Assembly (NCBI RefSeq): GCF_009914755.1
Contig: NC_060940.1
Source of the DNA: the human T2T-CHM13v2.0 reference genome, Homo sapiens
Reading direction: 5' to 3' (one strand)
DNA: 64,000 nt
Shown: positions 58,226 to 64,000 of the stretch, piece by piece
Numbering within the stretch: the first letter of the stretch is position 1
How the letters are laid out: each line of letters begins with the position of its first letter
Notes under the pieces: model-generated
Databases searched by the model: none
What the model was told of the DNA's origin: nothing
The model's input: the letters and a program-made list of their open reading frames with translations, nothing else
Program-made: the position numbers and the translations under genes

Positions 58226-59285
58226 CATTCGAGTCCATTCGATGATTCCATTCAGTTCCATTCGATGATGATTCCTTTCGAGACCATATGATGATTCCAT
58301 TTGATTTCATTCGATGATGATTCCATTCGATTCCATTCGATGATTCCATTCTATTCCATTCGATGATGATTCCATTCGAGTCCATTTAATGATTCCATTG
58401 GGTTCAATTCAATGATGATTACATTGGATTCTCTTCTATGATACCATTCAATTCCGTTCATTGACAATTTGATTCCATTCGATGATGATTCCATTTGAGT
58501 TCATTCGATGATTCTATTCGATTCTCTTCGATGGTGATTCAATTCTATTATATTGGATGATTCCATTCGATTCCATTTGATGTTGATTCAATTCGATTCT
58601 ATTCGATGATGATTCCATTGGATTTCATTTGATGATTCTATTCGATTCCATTCAATGATGATTCACTTCTCGTCCATTGGATGATTCCATTTCATTCCAT
58701 TCGATGATGATTCCATTCGATTCCATTCGATGATTCCATTTGATTCCATTCGACGGTGAGCAATTCGATTCAATTCCATGATGATTCTATTTGATTCAGT
58801 TAGATGATGTTTCCATTCGAATCCATTCCATGATTATTCCATTGGAATCCATTCGGCGATGATTCCATATGAGTCAATTCAATGATGCTTCCATATGGGT
58901 CAGTTCGATGATAATTCCATTTGATTTCATTCGATGCTTCTATTCAATTCCAGTCGATGATGATTCCGTTGGAGTCCATACGATGACTCCATTTGATTTC
59001 ATTTGATGATGATTCCATTCGATTCCATTCGATGACTCCATTCTGTTCCATTCGATGATGATTCCATTCGAGTCCATTCGATGATTCCATTCGAGTCCAT
59101 TTCATGATTCCATTGGGTTCAATTCGATGATGATTACACTGGATTCCATTCTATGATTCCATTCAATTCCATTCGTTGATGATTCGATTCCATTCAATGA
59201 TGATTCCATTTGAGTTCATTCGATGATTCTATTCGATTCCGTTCGATGGTGATTCAATTCTATTATATTGGATGATTCCATTCGA
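58226..59285 (+). repeat. Variant HOR segment (unit ~5660-6112 then 1-~525) with an extra 105 bp
   Basis: Marker at 58653; the offset changes 58652->58757 across 59020-59125. Confidence 0.83.
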
Positions 59286-60013
59286 TTCCATTTGATGATG
59301 ATTCCATTCGATTCCATTCGATGATGATTCCATTTGATTCCATTTGATGTTGATTCTATTCGATTCTATTCAATGATGATTCCATTCGATTTCATTTGAT
59401 GATTCTATTCGATTCCTTTCGATGATTCTATTCCATTCCATTCGATGATGATTCAATTCTCTTCCATTGGATGATTCCATTTTATTCCATTCGACGATGA
59501 CTCCATTTGATTCCATTCAATGATGATTCCATTCGATTCCATTCGGTGATTCCATTTGATTCCATTCGACGGTGAGCAATTTGATTCAATTCCATAATGA
59601 TTCTATTTGATTCAATTAGATGATGTTTCCATTCGAATCCATTCGGTGATGATTCCATTGGTATCCATTCGACCATGATTCCATATGAGTCAATTCGATG
59701 ATGATTCCATACGAGTCCGTTGGATGATAATTCCATTTGATTTCATTCAATCCTTCTATTCGATTCCATTTGATGATGATTCCATCTGAATCCATTCTCC
59801 GATTCCATTCGATTTCATTCGATGCTTCTATTTGATTTCATTCGAAGATGATTCCTTTCAATTCCGTTCATTAATTCCATTTGATTCCATTCGATGATGA
59901 TTCCATCCGATTCCATTGGATGATGATTCCATTCGAGTCCATTCGATGATTCCGTTCTAATCCATTCTATGATTCCATTTGAGTCCATTCGATGATTCCA
60001 TTCGATTCCATTC
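59286..60013 (+). repeat. Non-HOR HSat2 block Z (~0.73 kb), partly a diverged tandem copy of 58560-59010
   Basis: Repeats gacggtgagcaatt, ttcaattagatgatgtttccattcgaatcc and ccatatgagtcaattc about 0.8 kb after their occurrence at 58752-58880. Confidence 0.78.
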
Positions 60014-61322
60014 AGTGATGATTCCATTTGATTCCATCTGATGATGATTTCATTTGATTCCATTCGATGATGATTCCATTGGAGTCCATTGAATGATTCA
60101 ATTCAATTCCATTCCATGTGGATTCCATTCGAATTCATTCGATTATTCCCTTCAAATCCCTTCGTTGATTCCATCTGATTCCACTTGACGATGATTCCAT
60201 TCAAGTCCAATCGATGATTCCATTCGGTTCCATTCAATGATTCCATTCGAGTCCATTTATGTATTATATTCGTGTCCACTTGATGACTCCATTCAATTCC
60301 ATTTAATGATGATTCCATTTGATTCCATTTGATGATTCAGTTCGATTCCTTACAATGATTCCCTACGATTCCTTTCTATGATGATTCCATTCGATTCCAT
60401 TCATTGATGATTCCATTCGACTCCATTCGATGATGATTCCTTTCGATTCCATTTGACGATGTTTCCATTTGAGTCCATTCGATGATGATTCCATTGGTAT
60501 CCATTCGACGATGATTCCATATGAGTCAATTCGATGATGATTCCATACGAGTCCGTTGGATGATAATTCCATTTGATTTCATTCAATCCTTCTATTCGAT
60601 TCCATTTGATGATGATTCCATCTGAATCCATTCTCCGATTCCATTCGATTTCATTCGATGCTTCTATTTGATTTCATTCGAAGATGATTCCTTTCAATTC
60701 CATTCATTAATTCCATTTGATTCCATTCGATGATGATTCCATCCGATTCCATTGGATGATGATTCCATTCGAGTCCATTCGATGATTCCGTTCTAATCCA
60801 TTCTATGATTCCATTCGAGTCCATTCGATGATTCCATTCGATTCCATTCAGTGATGATTCCATTTGATTCCATCTGATGATGATTTCATTTGATTCCATT
60901 CGATGATGATTCCATTGGAGTCCATTGAATGATTCAATTCAATTCCATTCCATGTGGATTCCATTCGAATTCATTCGATTATTCCATTCAAATCCCTTCG
61001 TTGATTCCATCTGATTCCACTTGACGATGATTCCATTCAAGTCCAATCGATGATTCCATTCGGTTCCATTCAATGATTCCATTCGAGTCCATTTATGTAT
61101 TATATTCGTGTCCACTTGATGACTCACTCCATTCAATTCCATTTAATGATGATTCCATTTGATTCCATTTGATGATTCAGTTCGATTCCTTACAATGATT
61201 CCCTACGATTCCTTTCTATGATGATTCCATTCGATTCCATTCATTGATGATTCCATTCGACTCCATTCGATGATGATTCCTTTCGATTCCATTTGACGAT
61301 GTTTCCATTTGAGTCCATTCGA
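59647..61322 (+). repeat. 836/840-bp direct tandem duplication (end of Z plus start of X)
   Basis: ggtatcc at 59660/60496, tatgtattat at 60258/61094, and ORFs 59815/60651 and 60103/60939 are all +836; the second copy has a 4-bp insertion (gactcactcc). Confidence 0.9.
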
Positions 61323-61634
61323 TGATGATTCAATTCAGTTCTGTTCTATTGTGAATCCATTCGATTTCATTCAATGCTTCTATTTGATTCCATTCGACGA
61401 TGATTCCATCTCTTTCCCTTCGATGATTCCATTTGATTCCATTCAGTGATGATTCCATTTGATTCCATCTGATGATGATTTCACTTGATTCATTTCAGTG
61501 ATGATTCCATTCAAGTCCATTCGATGATTCCATTGGAGTCCAAACGATCATTCCATTCGATTCCATTCAATGATGATTCCATTCATGTCCATTCAATGAA
61601 TCCTTTCAATTCCATTCGATGATGACTCCATTCG
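61323..61634 (+). repeat. Continuation of block X, truncated
   Basis: Matches ~49390-49701 (cagttctgttctatt, ggagtccaaacgatc) at offset 11,933, then jumps to HOR position ~5665. Confidence 0.83.
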
Positions 61635-64000
61635 ATTCCATTCGATGATTCCATTCAATTCCATTCGATGATGATTCCATTCCAGTCCATATGATCATTC
61701 CATTTGATTTCATTCGATGATGATTCCATTCGATTCCATTCGATGATTCCATTCTATTCCATTCGATGATGATTCTATTCGAGTCCATTCGATGATTCCA
61801 TTCGAGTCCATTTAATGATTCCATTGGGTTCAATTCAATGATGATTACATTGGATTCCGTTCTATGACTCCATTCAATTCCGTTCATTGACAATTTGATT
61901 CCATTCGATGATGATTCCATTTGAGTTCATTCGATGATTCTATTCGATTCTCTTCGATGGTGATTCAATTCTATTATATTGGATGATGCCATTCGATTCC
62001 ATTTGATGTTGATTCAATTCGATTCTATTCGATGATGATTCCATTGGATTTCACTTGATGATTCTATTCGATTCCATTCAATGATGATTCACTTCTCGTC
62101 CATTGGATGATTCCATTTCATTCCATTCGATGATGATTCCATTCGATTCCATTCGATGATTCCATTTGATTCCATGCGACGGTGAGCAATTCGATTCAAT
62201 TCCATGATGATTCTATTTGATTCAATTAGATGATGTTTCCATTCGAATCCATTCCATGATTATTCCATTGGAATCCATTTGGCGATGAATCCATATGAGT
62301 CAATTCAATGATGATTCCATATGGGTCCGTTCGATGATAATTCCATTTGATTTCATTCAATGCTTCTATTCTATTCCAGTCGTTGATGATTCCGTTGGAG
62401 TCCATACGATGATTCCATTTGATTTCATTTGATGATGATTCCATTCGATGATGATTACATTGGATTCCATTCTATGATTCCATTCAATTCCATTCGTTGA
62501 TGATTCGATTCCATTCAATGATGATTCCATTTGAGTTCATTCGATGATTCTATTCGATTCCGTTCGATGGTGATTCAATTCTATTATATTGGAGGATTCC
62601 ACTCGATTCCATTTGATGATTATTCCATTGGAGTCCACTTAGTGAATCCTTTAGATTCTACTCGAAGATGATTCCATTCGAGTCCATTCAATGATACCAT
62701 TCAATTTCATTCGTTGATGCTTCCATTCAAGTGCATTCGATGATATCATTCGATTCCATTTGATGATAATTCCATTTGATTCCATGCGATGATTCTATTC
62801 GATTCCATTCAATGATAATTCCATTCAATTCAGTGATTCCTCTGGACTCCATTTGATGATGATTCCATTCAATGATTCCATTCGATTCTATTCGAAAATG
62901 ATTCCATTTGAATCCATTTGATGATGATTCCATTAGATTCCATTTGATGATTCCATTCGATTGCATTTGACGATGATTCCATTCGATTCCATTTGATGAT
63001 TCCATTCTATTCTATTCGATGATGATTCCATTCGATTCCATTTGATGATGATTGGATTCGATTCCATTTGATGATTTCATTTGATTCCATTCGTTAATGA
63101 TTTCGATCAACTCCATTCGATGATTCCATTTGATTCCATTCGATAATGATTACATCCGAGTCCATTCGATGATTCCATTTGAGCCCGTTCGATAATTCCA
63201 TTTGAGTCCAATCAATGATTCCATTCATTTCCATTCAATGATTCCATTCGAGTCCATTTGATCATTCTGGTAGGGTCCGTTCGATGTTGATTCCATTGGA
63301 GTGCATTCGATGATTCCATTCGAGTCCATTTTATGATTTGATTCGAGTCCTTTCGATGATTCCATTCGATTCCACTCGATGATGATTTCATTCGAGTCCA
63401 TTCGACACTTCCAATCGATTCCATTTGATGTTTCCATTCGAGTCCAATTGATGATTCCATTCAATTCCATTCGATGATGATTCCGTACGATTCCATTCTG
63501 TGATGATTCCATGTGATTGCATTCCATGATGATTCCTTTCGATTGCATTCGATTATGATTCATTTCGTGTTCATTCTATGGTTCCACAGGTTTCCATTCG
63601 ATGACGTTTCCGTTCGTGTCCATTCCATTATTCCATTCTATTTCATTTGATGATGATTCCATTCGATTCCATTCATTGGTGATTCCACTCAATTCCATTC
63701 AATGATTCCATTCCATATCTTTCAACAATGATTCCATTAGTTTCTATTCGATGATCCACTTGATTCCATTTGGCGATGATTCCATTCGTGTCCATTCGAT
63801 GATTCCATTTGATTCCATATGATGATGATTCCATTCGATTCCATACCATGATGATTCCATTCGGGTCCATTCAATGGTGATTCCATTCAATTCCATTCGA
63901 TGATTCCTTCCGATTCCATTCGATGATGATGGCATTCGATTCCTTTCAATCATTCCCTTTGATTCCATTCAAAGGTGATTTCATTCAAGTCCATTCGATA
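61635..64000 (+). repeat. Variant-type HOR (unit ~5665-6112, then 1-~1900; runs off the window)
   Basis: Marker at 62079; shares diagnostic variants and the +16 insertion with 30537-32460 at constant offset 31,542. Confidence 0.88.

Larger units (their letters stand above)
1..64000 (+). repeat. Human satellite II (HSat2/HSATII) pericentromeric array, CATTC strand on +; probably HSat2B of chr16q11.2
   Basis: Seen: continuous ATTCCATTCG(ATG)0-2 repeats with GAGTCC variants and dense TCGA over the entire window, with no unique sequence or inversion noticed. Established: 23/26-bp monomers with ATGATG spacers define HSat2 rather than HSat3 (long pure CATTC runs), and a ~6.1-kb period is characteristic of the chr16 array. 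The chromosome assignment is inferred from the period only. Confidence 0.97.

Noticed and set aside
33358-62079. Regular 15.8-kb super-period (15.8 kb x 2 is roughly 31.5 kb)
   Set aside because: The offsets 15,803-15,830 and 31,542 are not an exact multiple, and the intervening contents differ (Y and Z occur once), so no true periodicity is shown within the window.
649-63968. More than 150 short ORFs, mostly minus strand, encoding MESSNGIEWNH-like peptides
   Set aside because: They are direct translations of (GAATG/ATC)n. The minus strand supplies ATG every few bases while the plus strand is full of TGA. The ORFs overlap in several frames, are broken by indels between copies and show no domain-like content.
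1-64000. CRISPR-like or other prokaryotic repeat system
   Set aside because: There is no alternation of constant repeat and unique spacer and no cas or other genes; the sequence is eukaryotic satellite.
1-64000. HSat3 identity or HSF1 heat-shock-element array
   Set aside because: Pure CATTC runs are short (about 3-4 units) and the ATGATG spacers are HSat2-type; GAA/TTC words are unavoidable in this repeat.

Overview
The whole 64-kb window is one satellite array, human satellite II (HSat2/HSATII). It consists of diverged (CATTC)n built from ATTCCATTCG / ATGATTCCATTCG / ATGATGATTCCATTCG blocks (10/13/16 bp, giving 23- and 26-bp monomers), all in one orientation. I see no genes, RNA genes, CRISPR arrays or transposons, and every listed ORF is a translation artefact of the repeat. 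The first ~30.5 kb are five near-identical tandem copies of a 6,112-bp higher-order unit, the period known for the chr16q11.2 HSat2B array (the chromosome assignment is inference). From ~30.6 kb the array becomes a mosaic of truncated, deleted and variant units interleaved with HSat2 blocks absent from the 6,112-bp unit (called X, Y and Z here). The most interesting observation is a contiguous 11,097-bp unit at 48917-60013. It contains the whole 6,112-bp unit plus 2,836 + 2,013 + 105 bp of extra satellite and looks like a relic of the longer unit from which the 6.1-kb repeat arose by deletion. I find no evidence of a new protein-coding system; the interest here is satellite architecture and evolution. 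All comparisons were made by eye from marker k-mers and ORF-coordinate offsets, so breakpoints are approximate (about +/-30 bp).
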